Source: Terracidiphilus sp.
GTDB lineage: Bacteria; Acidobacteriota; Terriglobia; Terriglobales; Acidobacteriaceae
Length of the DNA stretch: 63,495 bases
NCBI GenBank assembly: GCA_035604995.1
Contig: DATNHL010000287.1
Location: forward strand, 1-63,495
Reading direction: 5' to 3'
Shown here in pieces: positions 29,606 through 38,802 of this stretch (its first letter is position 1; each line of letters opens with the position of its first letter). A program made the position numbers and the translations under genes. The notes below the pieces were generated by a model that had not been told where the DNA came from, made no database searches, and saw only the letters and a list, made by a program, of their open reading frames with translations.

Positions 29606-30631
29606 TTATGCTCTTAGCTTCGATGCGAGCGCCTGGGCAATCTGCCGCCCGTGAAAGCGCCCGTTTTCAATAAATATCTCGTTCGTGCGCGAGCCGGCCA
29701 CGATCACTCCGGCCAGGTAAATGCCCGGTACGTTGCTCTCCAGCGTCTTCGCGTCGCAAACCGGCCGCCGGTCTTCGCCCTTGAATTGCACTCCCAGCCG
29801 CTCAAGAAAATCGAAGTCGGGGTGGTAGCCGGTCATGGCAAAGACAAAGTCGTTCTTGAGGGTCTTGGGCCCGACGGGGGTCTTGAGGAGCGCGGTGTCC
29901 TGAGTGACCTCGACGACCTGGGAGCTGAACCAGGCTTTTATCTCGCCAGCCTTGATGCGGTTTTCAATGTCCGGCTTGATCCAGTACTTCACATGGCGGT
30001 GGAGTTCGGGATCGCGATGCACCAGCGTGACGCGCGCCCCGCTGCGCCACAACTCCAGCGCCGCAATGGCTGCCGAGTTCTTCCCCCCGATCACCACCAC
30101 GTCCATGCCGAAATACGGGTGGGGATCGTTGTAGTAGTGATGCACCTTGCTCAGGTTCTCGCCCGGAACGCGCAGGTAGTTGGGCAGATCGTAGTAGCCC
30201 GTCGACAGCGCCAGCTTGCGCGCCTTCAGCGTACCGTACCGGCCAAAGCGGTCTTCGGTGTGGACGGTGAAATCGCCATCGGACCCCGTCACCCGGTCCA
30301 CGCGGTGGTATTGGCGCACATCGAGCTTGTAGTAGACCGCCACCAGCCGGTAGTACTGCAGCGCCTCGTTGCGGCTGGGCTTGGGGTTAGGGCTTGGAAA
30401 GGGAATATCGCCGATCTCCAGCAGCTCCGGCGTGGTGAAAAACGTCATGTGCGCCGGGTAGTGAAACAGCGAGTTGCAGACGCACCCCTTATCCACCACC
30501 ACCGCCCGCAACCCAACCTTCTGCGCCTCAATCGCGCAGGCCAGCCCGGTGGGCCCCGCGCCCACCACGAGAAGGTCGAAGATTTCGGTTTGCTGTCCCG
30601 CTGCCTGCGATTCCTGATTCAAGTCGTTCAT
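29606..30631 (-). CDS. ypdA: YpdA family FAD-dependent (bacillithiol) disulfide reductase
   Basis: VGAGPTG, NSLFHYP, TGYYDLPN, IGGKNSA, FIENGRFH. Confidence 0.88.
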   Translation of the reverse strand: MNDLNQESQAAGQQTEIFDLLVVGAGPTGLACAIEAQKVGLRAVVVDKGCVCNSLFHYPAHMTFFTTPELLEIGDIPFPSPNPKPSRNEALQYYRLVAVYYKLDVRQYHRVDRVTGSDGDFTVHTEDRFGRYGTLKARKLALSTGYYDLPNYLRVPGENLSKVHHYYNDPHPYFGMDVVVIGGKNSAAIAALELWRSGARVTLVHRDPELHRHVKYWIKPDIENRIKAGEIKAWFSSQVVEVTQDTALLKTPVGPKTLKNDFVFAMTGYHPDFDFLERLGVQFKGEDRRPVCDAKTLESNVPGIYLAGVIVAGSRTNEIFIENGRFHGRQIAQALASKLRA

Positions 30632-30744
30632 GGCTATAGCTTAGGGCATCTCGCACATTTCCTGTCAGCCCCGCCCGGTTAATCCGCCCGATTCCTCTCA
30701 GGATGGTAGAATGATAGAATCAAATGCTAGAAGGGTATAATGAC

Positions 30745-31017
30745 ATGGCTCTGAGCATCAAGAACGAGGAGACGGAGCGAGTTGTCCGGGAGTTGGCAAA
30801 CCGCAGAGGATTGAGCCTGGTGACCGCAATCACTCAGGCCGCGCAGGAGACTCTCGAGCGGGATAAAGCACGGGCTGAGTGCCCCAGCGGAAAACAGGGC
30901 CTCGCCGCCTGGCTGATGGACATCGCGCGCGAAACCGCGCCGCTCATGAACGATGGCCGCACAACCAAAGAACTCTTCGACGAACTTTACGATGAAGAGA
31001 CAGGCCTGCCCAAATGA
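30745..31017 (+). CDS. vapB: VapB-type antitoxin (Rv0623-like)
   Basis: MALSIKNEETERVVRELA...LYDEETGLPK; ATGA overlap with vapC. Confidence 0.88.
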   Translation: MALSIKNEETERVVRELANRRGLSLVTAITQAAQETLERDKARAECPSGKQGLAAWLMDIARETAPLMNDGRTTKELFDELYDEETGLPK

Positions 31018-32315
31018 TCATCGATTCGTCGGCATTAATTGCCATCCTGCGGAATGAACCCGAAGCGCAAGCCTTCTCTGAAGAAATTGAATTGGCGCAA
31101 TCGGTTCGCATCTCCGCTGCATCCCTCTTTGAAGCGTCCATGGTGGCGGATAAGTTTGGCAGTCCAATATTGAGTGCCCGATTTGACGAAACAGTCGAGC
31201 ACTCAAAGATGATCATCGAGCCGTTCACCGCCGAGCAGGCTCGGATTGCGCGCCAGGCTTACCGCGACTACGGCAAAGGCAGCGGCCACCCCGCCAACCT
31301 CAACTTCGGCGACTGCTTCAGCTACGCCCTCGCCCGCGACAAGCGCGAACCCATCCTCTATAAGGGCGACGATTTTGTGCACACGGACCTGCGGCCGGCG
31401 GTGCAGCAGCCGCAATTTCCGCAAAAGGTGGTGAATCCGATGGGCCAAAGGCCGATACTTGCCCTCGATACGAGCGTATTGAACCGACTTGTGAAGGACC
31501 CTGATCCCGAACCGTTTATTGCCGCGATCTTGTCAAGCTATGCGATCCGGATTCCAGAAATGAGTTACGGGGAAATTGTCGCCACACGCAATCCCGAAGT
31601 CAGAAGGAAATTACACGATATTTGTCGCCGCCTCCTGGGTGTGGGAGTGTGCATAATGCCTGCCCACTGGGTAGCGGAACGCCACATCAAGCAGTTCCAT
31701 GAAAGCCCCGAGAACTACAACTGGCTCAAGGTTATGGCGCGTGCCACGATTATCGAGGAAGAGATCCAGCGCCCTGAGTTTGTAAATGATGCTGCCCTAG
31801 TCGAACAGCAGGCGACAGAACTGCGTCGGCTTCAAGATGAGTTCGAGGGCGCCTTTCAGAGGTCCAGCAGAAAGACAGGCGTACCGACCACATTTCGCGA
31901 ATGGCTCCTTGAGAGTCGGGCAGAGGGCGGCTCATTTTGGAATACCGCGAGGGGCCTTTATGTGGCAGCTTTCCGTTCAAATCCAACAGCAGAAACTAGC
32001 AGAGTCCTTGCTAACCCTCCCGACGAGGCAACTCTGAAGACCTTCCTAGAAGCTTGCCCGCCTGTAAGAGCAATGGTTTATGCGCTGGAACTTACTCACT
32101 ATGACCGGAGCCTGCGCCCAGTGAATAGGGGACCGGCGTACAAGGCTGGGCGGAACGATCAAATGATGGCGGTTTTCTTGCCATACTGCGATCAGTTCTT
32201 GACGGATGATGGCGACCAAGTGAAATGCTTGCGGGAGGTAGCCTCCAGCGCGGGTATTCCGGTCAACGTTCGATCATACGATGAGTTCTGTTCAAGCCTA
32301 ATCTTGGGAGGCTGA
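31014..32315 (+). CDS. vapC: VapC PIN toxin fused in frame to a second PIN-like domain
   Basis: MIIDSSAL...LNFGDCFSYALA...YKGDDF (about aa 1-130), then LALDTSVLN...NDQMM...FLTDD. Confidence 0.82.
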   Translation: MIIDSSALIAILRNEPEAQAFSEEIELAQSVRISAASLFEASMVADKFGSPILSARFDETVEHSKMIIEPFTAEQARIARQAYRDYGKGSGHPANLNFGDCFSYALARDKREPILYKGDDFVHTDLRPAVQQPQFPQKVVNPMGQRPILALDTSVLNRLVKDPDPEPFIAAILSSYAIRIPEMSYGEIVATRNPEVRRKLHDICRRLLGVGVCIMPAHWVAERHIKQFHESPENYNWLKVMARATIIEEEIQRPEFVNDAALVEQQATELRRLQDEFEGAFQRSSRKTGVPTTFREWLLESRAEGGSFWNTARGLYVAAFRSNPTAETSRVLANPPDEATLKTFLEACPPVRAMVYALELTHYDRSLRPVNRGPAYKAGRNDQMMAVFLPYCDQFLTDDGDQVKCLREVASSAGIPVNVRSYDEFCSSLILGG

Positions 32316-32422
32316 TCCCGAACCGTTTCTCTATTAATGACCACCTCATCACCCGCTGCGTCTCCCTTCCCGGGGACTTCTATTTGCCGAGTTGTATTCT
32401 GATACCGAAAGAGGGAGCCGCC

Positions 32423-33949
32423 ATGACCGTCATCCGCCAGGAAGATTTCATCGCCAGTGTCGCCGGCGCGTTGCAGTACATCAGCTACTACCATCCGGTG
32501 GATTACATCACCAGCCTGGCCAAGGCCTACGAGATCGAGCAGTCCCACGCCGCCAAGGACGCAATCGCGCAGATCCTCATTAACAGCCGCATGTGCGCCG
32601 AGGGCCACCGCCCCATCTGCCAGGACACCGGCATCGTCAACGCCTTCGTGAAAGTCGGCCTCGATGTCCGCTTCGAGCCCGCCCCCGGCGAAGAAGCCCT
32701 CGACCTCCAGCAAATGGTCGATGCCGGCGTGCGCCGCGCCTATCTTGACCCCGACAACAAGCTCCGCGCCTCCATCCAGGCCGACCCGGCCGGCAAGCGC
32801 ATCAACACCAAAGACAACACGCCGGCTGTCGTTTCGGTCGAGCTGGTCAAGGGAGACAAGGTCGACGTCACAGTAGCGGCCAAGGGCGGCGGGTCTGAGG
32901 CCAAGAGCAAGTTCGCCATGCTCAACCCTTCGGACTCGGTGGTCGAGTGGGTGCTCAAAACCGTGCCCACCATGGGCGCGGGCTGGTGTCCGCCGGGGAT
33001 GCTGGGCATCGGCATTGGCGGCACGGCGGAGAAGGCGATGCTGCTGGCCAAGCAGTCGCTCATGGACCCCATCGATATTCAGGATCTGATTGCCCGCGGC
33101 CCCGTGACCACTGCCGAGAAGCTGCGCGTCGAGGTTTACGACAAGGTGAACCGGCTGGGCATTGGCGCTCAAGGCCTGGGCGGGCTGACTACTGTGCTGG
33201 ATGTGAAGGTGCTGGACACGCCGGCACACGCGGCGAACCTGCCGGTAGCCATGATTCCCAACTGCGCCGCCACGCGGCACGCCCACCTTGTGCTGGACGG
33301 GAGCGGGCCGGTTTATCTCGATCCGCCCAGCCTGGAAGACTGGCCGAAGCTGACCTACGACGTCTCCGGCGCCCGCCGCGTGAACCTGGACACGGTGACC
33401 CGCGCCGAGGCCGCCACATGGAAGCCGGGCGAAGTGCTTCTGCTGACCGGCAAGCTGCTCACCGGCCGCGACGCCGCCCACAAGCGCATGACCGACATGC
33501 TCAGCCGCGGCGAAAAGCTGCCCGTCGACTTCCGCGACCGCTTCATCTACTACGTGGGCCCGGTGGACCCGGTGCGCGAGGAGGTGGTCGGCCCCGCCGG
33601 CCCCACGACCGCCACGCGCATGGACAAGTTCACGCGGCAGATGCTGGCCGAGACGGGCCTGCTGGGCATGGTGGGCAAGGCGGAGCGGGGCCCGGTCGCC
33701 ATCGACGCCATCCGCGAGTTTGGCGCGGTCTACCTGATGGCCGTGGGCGGGGCGGCCTACCTGGTTTCGAAGGCCATTTACGGGTCGCGCCTCGTGGCCT
33801 TCGGCGACCTCGGCATGGAGGCAATCTACGAGTTCGACGTGCGCGAGATGCCCGTGACCGTCGCCGTCGATTCCAAGGGCACCAGCGTCCACCAGACCGG
33901 CCCCGCCGAGTGGCAGCAGCGCATCGCCGGCATTCCGATACTGCAGTAG
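32423..33949 (+). CDS. fumA: Fumarate hydratase class I (Fe-S)
   Basis: RPICQDTG, AKGGGSE, GWCPPG, PNCAATRH, GPTTATRM. Confidence 0.93.
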   Translation: MTVIRQEDFIASVAGALQYISYYHPVDYITSLAKAYEIEQSHAAKDAIAQILINSRMCAEGHRPICQDTGIVNAFVKVGLDVRFEPAPGEEALDLQQMVDAGVRRAYLDPDNKLRASIQADPAGKRINTKDNTPAVVSVELVKGDKVDVTVAAKGGGSEAKSKFAMLNPSDSVVEWVLKTVPTMGAGWCPPGMLGIGIGGTAEKAMLLAKQSLMDPIDIQDLIARGPVTTAEKLRVEVYDKVNRLGIGAQGLGGLTTVLDVKVLDTPAHAANLPVAMIPNCAATRHAHLVLDGSGPVYLDPPSLEDWPKLTYDVSGARRVNLDTVTRAEAATWKPGEVLLLTGKLLTGRDAAHKRMTDMLSRGEKLPVDFRDRFIYYVGPVDPVREEVVGPAGPTTATRMDKFTRQMLAETGLLGMVGKAERGPVAIDAIREFGAVYLMAVGGAAYLVSKAIYGSRLVAFGDLGMEAIYEFDVREMPVTVAVDSKGTSVHQTGPAEWQQRIAGIPILQ

Positions 33950-34086
33950 CAGGGATCAGGGATCAGGGGTCAGAGAACAACAGGCAGCAAAGGCATTGAA
34001 AGAGCCAGCAGGGAGACGAGGTCTTGCAAATTCCTCGATCCTGCTGGCTCTTGACTGATCCCTGACCCCTGATCCCTGACCCCTGC
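33950..34086. repeat. Heptamer-built inverted-repeat element enclosing a hairpin between convergent genes
   Basis: 17-bp IR cagggatcaggggtcag (33957-33973)/ctgacccctgatccctg (34062-34078); inner 13-bp stem aagagccagcagg/cctgctggctctt. Confidence 0.75.
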
Positions 34087-34091
34087 TTTTC

Positions 34092-34856
34092 TCACTGCTT
34101 CCCGACTCTGTAGACCAGCCCGATGGTATAGCCCAGGTTGTTCTGCAGACTGGAGCCGAAGCCGGTCAGGTAGTACTCCGGAGCGACTCGTAGTCCGATG
34201 CTCGGCGACATGTTGAACTCGACAAAGATGCTGGCGCTGGCGGCAAAGGTGGAAGTGCTCGGGTAGAGAACGCCGAGCGTGCCATACCCGTTGGTGTCGC
34301 CCGTGAAGTTGCCGTGCGTAAACCCGCCCATCACGCGGCCGGAGACGGAATAGCGGGGTTGCAGATAGAAGCGGTAAGTGGGTCCAAGCAACACAGCGTA
34401 CTGGCTGATGGTTGGCTTGGTAAGTCCCACATCGCCGGCAGGAGGATTCCCCTGCTGGGGCTCGATGAACGGGGTGCCGTAGTAGCCGCGTCCGTCCAGC
34501 GTTGCGCCCAGGCGCTCATTGAAGTAGCGCGTAAAGCCGCCATTCCAGGCGTACTCGTTCACCTTCTGCAGCACTGGGCCCGGCGTAAAGCGCAGATACC
34601 CCGCGCCGACATACCCCTCGTAGAGATGATCGTAGGTCTCGTGGATGGCCGCCGCCCGGCGCTGTTCGCGCCGCGCCCTGATGCGCGCCTGCACGCTAAT
34701 TTGAGGCTGCGTCTGGGACTGCGACTGGGCCGTCGTGGGCGCCTGCTGGTCCGCGGGCGCGGGGTTGCTGCTCGAACTTGAGCTCTGGGCATGTACAACG
34801 GGGATCAATGCAGACGCGAACGCCAGCAAAAGGGCAAGACGGCGAAAAGAATACAT
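34092..34856 (-). CDS. Secreted outer-membrane beta-barrel-like hypothetical protein
   Basis: Signal peptide ending VHA-Q, Gly/Tyr-rich alternating strands, C-terminal GLVYRVG. Confidence 0.75.
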   Translation of the reverse strand: MYSFRRLALLLAFASALIPVVHAQSSSSSSNPAPADQQAPTTAQSQSQTQPQISVQARIRARREQRRAAAIHETYDHLYEGYVGAGYLRFTPGPVLQKVNEYAWNGGFTRYFNERLGATLDGRGYYGTPFIEPQQGNPPAGDVGLTKPTISQYAVLLGPTYRFYLQPRYSVSGRVMGGFTHGNFTGDTNGYGTLGVLYPSTSTFAASASIFVEFNMSPSIGLRVAPEYYLTGFGSSLQNNLGYTIGLVYRVGKQ

Positions 34857-35117
34857 CGGTATCGGGTTTCCTCCACGGGAGTACGGAAGCACACCACCGC
34901 TCTTGAGCAGCGCTTCCCCCAATAGGTATTAAAACATCTTGGGGGAGCCTTGTGGGTGAACCTGTACTGCTTTGGACGCATTGCGGAGAGTTTCGCGGCG
35001 AATTCACCGGGAACAATCGCGGTCCCTGCCGTATGCATGACGTAAAATTCATCTCACGATCAGCCCGCAAACAATGCAAATGCTCTAGGATGAAGACCAA
35101 AGGAGTGGCTGACAAAC

Positions 35118-35699
35118 ATGGGTCGAATTCTGCTGGGAATCGTTCTTGGAGTCATTCTGGTGCCGGTCGCGGTGATGGCGTGGTTTCATTTTGGCAGCGT
35201 GCCGGTGGCCGTGGCAGACCCGCCCTTTCCCCAGGAGCGCACGCTCACCCACGTGCCGCTGAACGCGCGCATCGACCGTGAACTCATCAAGACCCCGCCC
35301 ATCCAGGCCGATGAAGCCGCGTTTGTCGCCGGCGCGCAGATCTACCGCGACCAGTGCGCCGCCTGCCATGGACTCCACGGCAAACCCTCCTCCTTTGGCG
35401 CGCACATGTATCCCGACGCACCGCCGCTGTGGGAGCCGCACCACCATGGGTCGGAGACGATGATGGGAGTGAGCGACGACCCGCCGGGCGAAACCTATTG
35501 GAAGGTGGCCAACGGCATCCGCCTCACCGGCATGCCGTCGTACAAGGAGATCCTGACCGACACCCAAATGTGGCAGGTGAGCCTGCTCCTTGCCAATGCC
35601 GACAAGCCGCTGCCCCCGGCTGCTATCGACATCCTCAACGGCGCAGCGCCCCACCCGGCTGCACCCGCCGCAGGCAGCGCTCCGGCCGCAAAGAAGTAG
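35118..35699 (+). CDS. Membrane-anchored c-type cytochrome
   Basis: N-terminal TM, CAACHG heme motif, NGIRLTGMPSY axial Met. Confidence 0.9.
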   Translation: MGRILLGIVLGVILVPVAVMAWFHFGSVPVAVADPPFPQERTLTHVPLNARIDRELIKTPPIQADEAAFVAGAQIYRDQCAACHGLHGKPSSFGAHMYPDAPPLWEPHHHGSETMMGVSDDPPGETYWKVANGIRLTGMPSYKEILTDTQMWQVSLLLANADKPLPPAAIDILNGAAPHPAAPAAGSAPAAKK

Positions 35700-35775
35700 C
35701 CGCGGGGACTGCTTATGAGCGAAGATTGGAAGCAGAGACGGAATCGTCGCGGATGGATTGGAAAGTGGTGGAAGA

Positions 35776-35904
35776 TTGAGCGTACTTGACTCGCTGCGCA
35801 AGGGATTCGGCTTCCTGCTGATGAGCTTTGGCATCTCCAGCCCGCCAAAGAAGCCCAACCCCGCGGCAAAGCCCGCGCCCAAAGCGGAAGACAGCAAGGG
35901 TTGA
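35776..35904 (+). CDS. Candidate small protein (42 aa, TTG start; not in ORF track)
   Basis: MSVLDSLRKGFGFLLMSFGISSPPKKPNPAAKPAPKAEDSKG; host-like codons, purine-rich upstream. Confidence 0.5.
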   Translation: MSVLDSLRKGFGFLLMSFGISSPPKKPNPAAKPAPKAEDSKG

Positions 35905-36021
35905 AACTTCCCCGCCTCGCGCACAAGAGCTGGAAGATCGTGCAACCGGACGCGCCCCTGGCTCCTCAAATGGAGTGAGCGGCAACTCACCGCTCGACGG
36001 TGCTTCACGAGGTTCTTCCCC

Positions 36022-36204
36022 ATGACCACTGGAATAAAGAAAAACTTCCTTCAGGCATTCTGGGACTTTTTTGTGCTGTTCAGCGGCATTTCGACGGCCT
36101 CCAACCTCTCCCGCACCCAGGGCCACACCGTGCGCAACCGCGGGTTGTTTCTGTTTCGACCAAGGGCCGAGAGGCAGACAAACCGCACACCCGAACCCCG
36201 CTGA
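36022..36204 (+). CDS. Candidate small protein (60 aa)
   Basis: SD-like gaggt upstream; amphipathic FLQAFWDFFVLFSGIS segment. Confidence 0.35.
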   Translation: MTTGIKKNFLQAFWDFFVLFSGISTASNLSRTQGHTVRNRGLFLFRPRAERQTNRTPEPR

Positions 36205-36243
36205 CTCACCCGCAAAGCGCGCAAATTGTTAGAATCGAGGCAT

Positions 36244-37290
36244 ATGAGCATCACCCGCCAACAGGCCCTCGACCACTTCCGCTCCCCTGACCTCATCGGC
36301 CTGGGCTTTGAGGCCGATGCCGTGCGCCGCCGCCTGCACCCCGAGGGCGTTGTCACCTACATCATCGATCGCAACATCAACTACACCAACTTCTGCACCG
36401 AGTACTGCACCTTCTGCGCCTTCTACCGGCCGCTCAAGGGGCCCACGGCCAACGAAGGCTACATCCTCGACTTCGAGAAGATCTACGAGAAGATCGCCGA
36501 GACCGTTGAGATGGGCGGCACAGGCGTGCTGATGCAGGGCGGCATCCATCCCGACCTGAAGATCGACTGGTTCGAGCGCCTCTTCACCGGCATCAAGCAG
36601 CGCTTCCCGCAGATCTGGCTGCACTGCCTCTCGGCCAGCGAAGTGCTGGCCATCGCCGAGTACAGCAATCTGAGCCTGCGCGACACCATCGCCCGGCTGC
36701 GCGACGCCGGCCTCGATTCCATCCCCGGCGGAGGCGCCGAGATCCTCGACGACGACGTGCGCAAGCGCATCGCCCGCCTCAAGTGCCGCACCGAAGACTG
36801 GGTCAGTGTTCACCGCACCGCCCACCAACTCGGCATGCGCACCACAGCCACCATGATGTTCGGCGTAGGCGAGACATTCGACCAGCGCATCAATCACTTC
36901 GAAGTGGTCCGCCGCCTGCAGGAGGAAACCGGCGGCTTCACTGCGTTCATCCCCTGGAGCTTCCAGCCCAAGCACACCGCCCTCGGCGGACGCGGCTGGG
37001 AAGAAGCTACTTCGGTTGAATACTTAAAGGTTCTGGCTATCTCAAGACTCTATCTCGATAACATCGAAAACGTGCAGGCCAGTTGGGTAACTCAGGGCCT
37101 GAAAGTGCTTGAAGTAGGCCTCCACTTCGGTGGCAACGACGTAGGCTCCGTGATGTTAGAAGAAAATGTAGTCAAAGCCGCCGGCACAAGTAATTGCACC
37201 ACCGAAGAAGAACTAAGAAGAATCATCCGCGACGCCGGCTTCAAGCCCGTCCAGCGCGATACGCTCTACCGGACGATGTTCCTGAACTAA
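36244..37290 (+). CDS. mqnC: Cyclic dehypoxanthinyl futalosine synthase (radical SAM)
   Basis: IDRNINYTNFCTEYCTFCAFY, QGGIHPDL, IPGGGAEIL, GNDVGSVMLEENVV. Confidence 0.92.
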   Translation: MSITRQQALDHFRSPDLIGLGFEADAVRRRLHPEGVVTYIIDRNINYTNFCTEYCTFCAFYRPLKGPTANEGYILDFEKIYEKIAETVEMGGTGVLMQGGIHPDLKIDWFERLFTGIKQRFPQIWLHCLSASEVLAIAEYSNLSLRDTIARLRDAGLDSIPGGGAEILDDDVRKRIARLKCRTEDWVSVHRTAHQLGMRTTATMMFGVGETFDQRINHFEVVRRLQEETGGFTAFIPWSFQPKHTALGGRGWEEATSVEYLKVLAISRLYLDNIENVQASWVTQGLKVLEVGLHFGGNDVGSVMLEENVVKAAGTSNCTTEEELRRIIRDAGFKPVQRDTLYRTMFLN

Positions 37291-37421
37291 GTACACTCCG
37301 GGCGGTTATCCCGGCCGTATAACTGACGGCCTTTGATGCAGAACCGTTCGGTGTTAAGCCCCGGCCTGCCTGCTTTCAGAACAATCCCGATCCCCAGCAA
37401 ATAACTGGTAGCCTGGCGATC

Positions 37422-37907
37422 TTAGGAACCAGTACGGGCGCGCGCCGCGCGAAACACGGCCACCATGTGCCAGCCTATGTTGGCAAATACAGCCACCAGG
37501 AACAGCGGCACGATCAGCGGCGACAGGCTGGCCCGCCCATTCCGCACCGACACGAGAATCGCCCACTGAATATAAAGGAACAGGCAGGCCAGTTCCGCCT
37601 TGAGGCAGCCAATCATCTGCAGCGTCAGCGCCTCGAGCAGGGGCCGGTTCACCGGCGTCACCCGCACCGGAAAGTTGAAGGCCGCGGGAAACAACGCCAC
37701 CAGCGAAATGAACAGGTACAGGCCCGTGGCCGCCACGGGCAGCAGCCACAGCGCGCCCGGGGGGCCCCATGCGTTGGGCTCGCCCGCGGCGTTGAAGTGT
37801 GTTGGGATGCGGCCCGGCAACTGGCCGGGCCCGGCCAGGGCGCGCCAGGTAATCCACCACAAAACTGCGAGGGCGCCCAGGGAAATTGCCTCAAAAGTCT
37901 TGCGCAT
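37422..37907 (-). CDS. DUF1648 domain membrane protein
   Basis: LPGRIPTHFNAAGEPNAWG motif, about 4 TMs. Confidence 0.85.
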   Translation of the reverse strand: MRKTFEAISLGALAVLWWITWRALAGPGQLPGRIPTHFNAAGEPNAWGPPGALWLLPVAATGLYLFISLVALFPAAFNFPVRVTPVNRPLLEALTLQMIGCLKAELACLFLYIQWAILVSVRNGRASLSPLIVPLFLVAVFANIGWHMVAVFRAARARTGS

Positions 37908-37928
37908 CGGAACCCTTCCCGCCGGGAG

Positions 37929-38022
37929 TGTATCGAATCCGGACACAGATTTGTACGAAAACGAGCCAGTTGTGTGTACTGATTCGAGACATTCGCCCAT
38001 CGGCGTGCCGCGAATCGGGACA
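37929..38022. promoter_or_regulatory. Array of four related 17-bp TGT-N11-ACA-like boxes
   Basis: tgtatcgaatccggaca (37929), tgtacgaaaacgagcca (37952), tgtactgattcgagaca (37975), tgccgcgaatcgggaca (38006). Confidence 0.55.
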
Positions 38023-38043
38023 TTCCGGACAAACCAACCAGGC

Positions 38044-38802
38044 CTAGCCGAAGCGCGCCCGCTTGACCGTCTGGCGGAAGTCTTCGCCGGTCATCTCCAC
38101 CCGAACGCACATCTCCGCCAATCGCGACCTCATGCGGTCGCCGATGCGGTCGCCCAGCGTCTGTTCCCGTGCGGCGCGTTCCGCTTCCGTCTGCGCTCCG
38201 CCACCGGCCGGCAGATCGGGATAGTTGGTGGTGATGATCGTGGTCTGCCTGTCGTTGTACCGGGTATTCAGAATCAGGGCGACCGTGTCCCAGACCCACT
38301 CGTTCGGCTTCTGCGCGCCCAGGTCGTCCAGCACCAGCACCTCGGCGGCAAACACCGGCTTCAGCAACTCCAGTTCGGTAGTGTTCACCTGCGGGTTGTA
38401 GCTGTTCTGGATGTTTTTCAGCAGTTCGCGGTAGTCGCAGAACAGCCCCTTCACCCCGCGCTCCTGCACCAGCCGCCGCAGCACGCCCACGGCCAGATGC
38501 GTCTTGCCCACGCCGATGGAACCGGTAAACAGCAGCCCCTTGCCCGCCGTGTCCACCGGGTAGGCCTCGACGAATTTGCGGGCGGTCAGGTGGGCGCGGC
38601 CCAGCGAGGGGTCGGCCCCGCGGAAGGCGGTCTCATAGCCGTCCAGCGTGTAATGGCGGTAGCGCTCGGGGATATGCGCAGCGGCCAGCCGCCGTTCCTC
38701 GCGCACCATCTCCTGGCACTCGCAGGGGCGCGAAACCCACTGCCCGGCGGCATTCACCACCCGCACCAGGCCCACTCCATCGCAGATCGTGCAAACACTC
38801 AT
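38044..38802 (-). CDS. DnaC/IstB-like AAA+ ATPase (probable helicase loader) with N-terminal Cys cluster
   Basis: CTICDG...PCEC, Walker A GSIGVGKT, LVLDDLG, TIITTN, RMRSRL. Confidence 0.88.
   Translation of the reverse strand: MSVCTICDGVGLVRVVNAAGQWVSRPCECQEMVREERRLAAAHIPERYRHYTLDGYETAFRGADPSLGRAHLTARKFVEAYPVDTAGKGLLFTGSIGVGKTHLAVGVLRRLVQERGVKGLFCDYRELLKNIQNSYNPQVNTTELELLKPVFAAEVLVLDDLGAQKPNEWVWDTVALILNTRYNDRQTTIITTNYPDLPAGGGAQTEAERAAREQTLGDRIGDRMRSRLAEMCVRVEMTGEDFRQTVKRARFG

Noticed and set aside
38044-38802. IS21 element or prophage around the IstB/DnaC-like ATPase
   Set aside because: No IstA, terminal repeats or phage genes; codon usage is host-like
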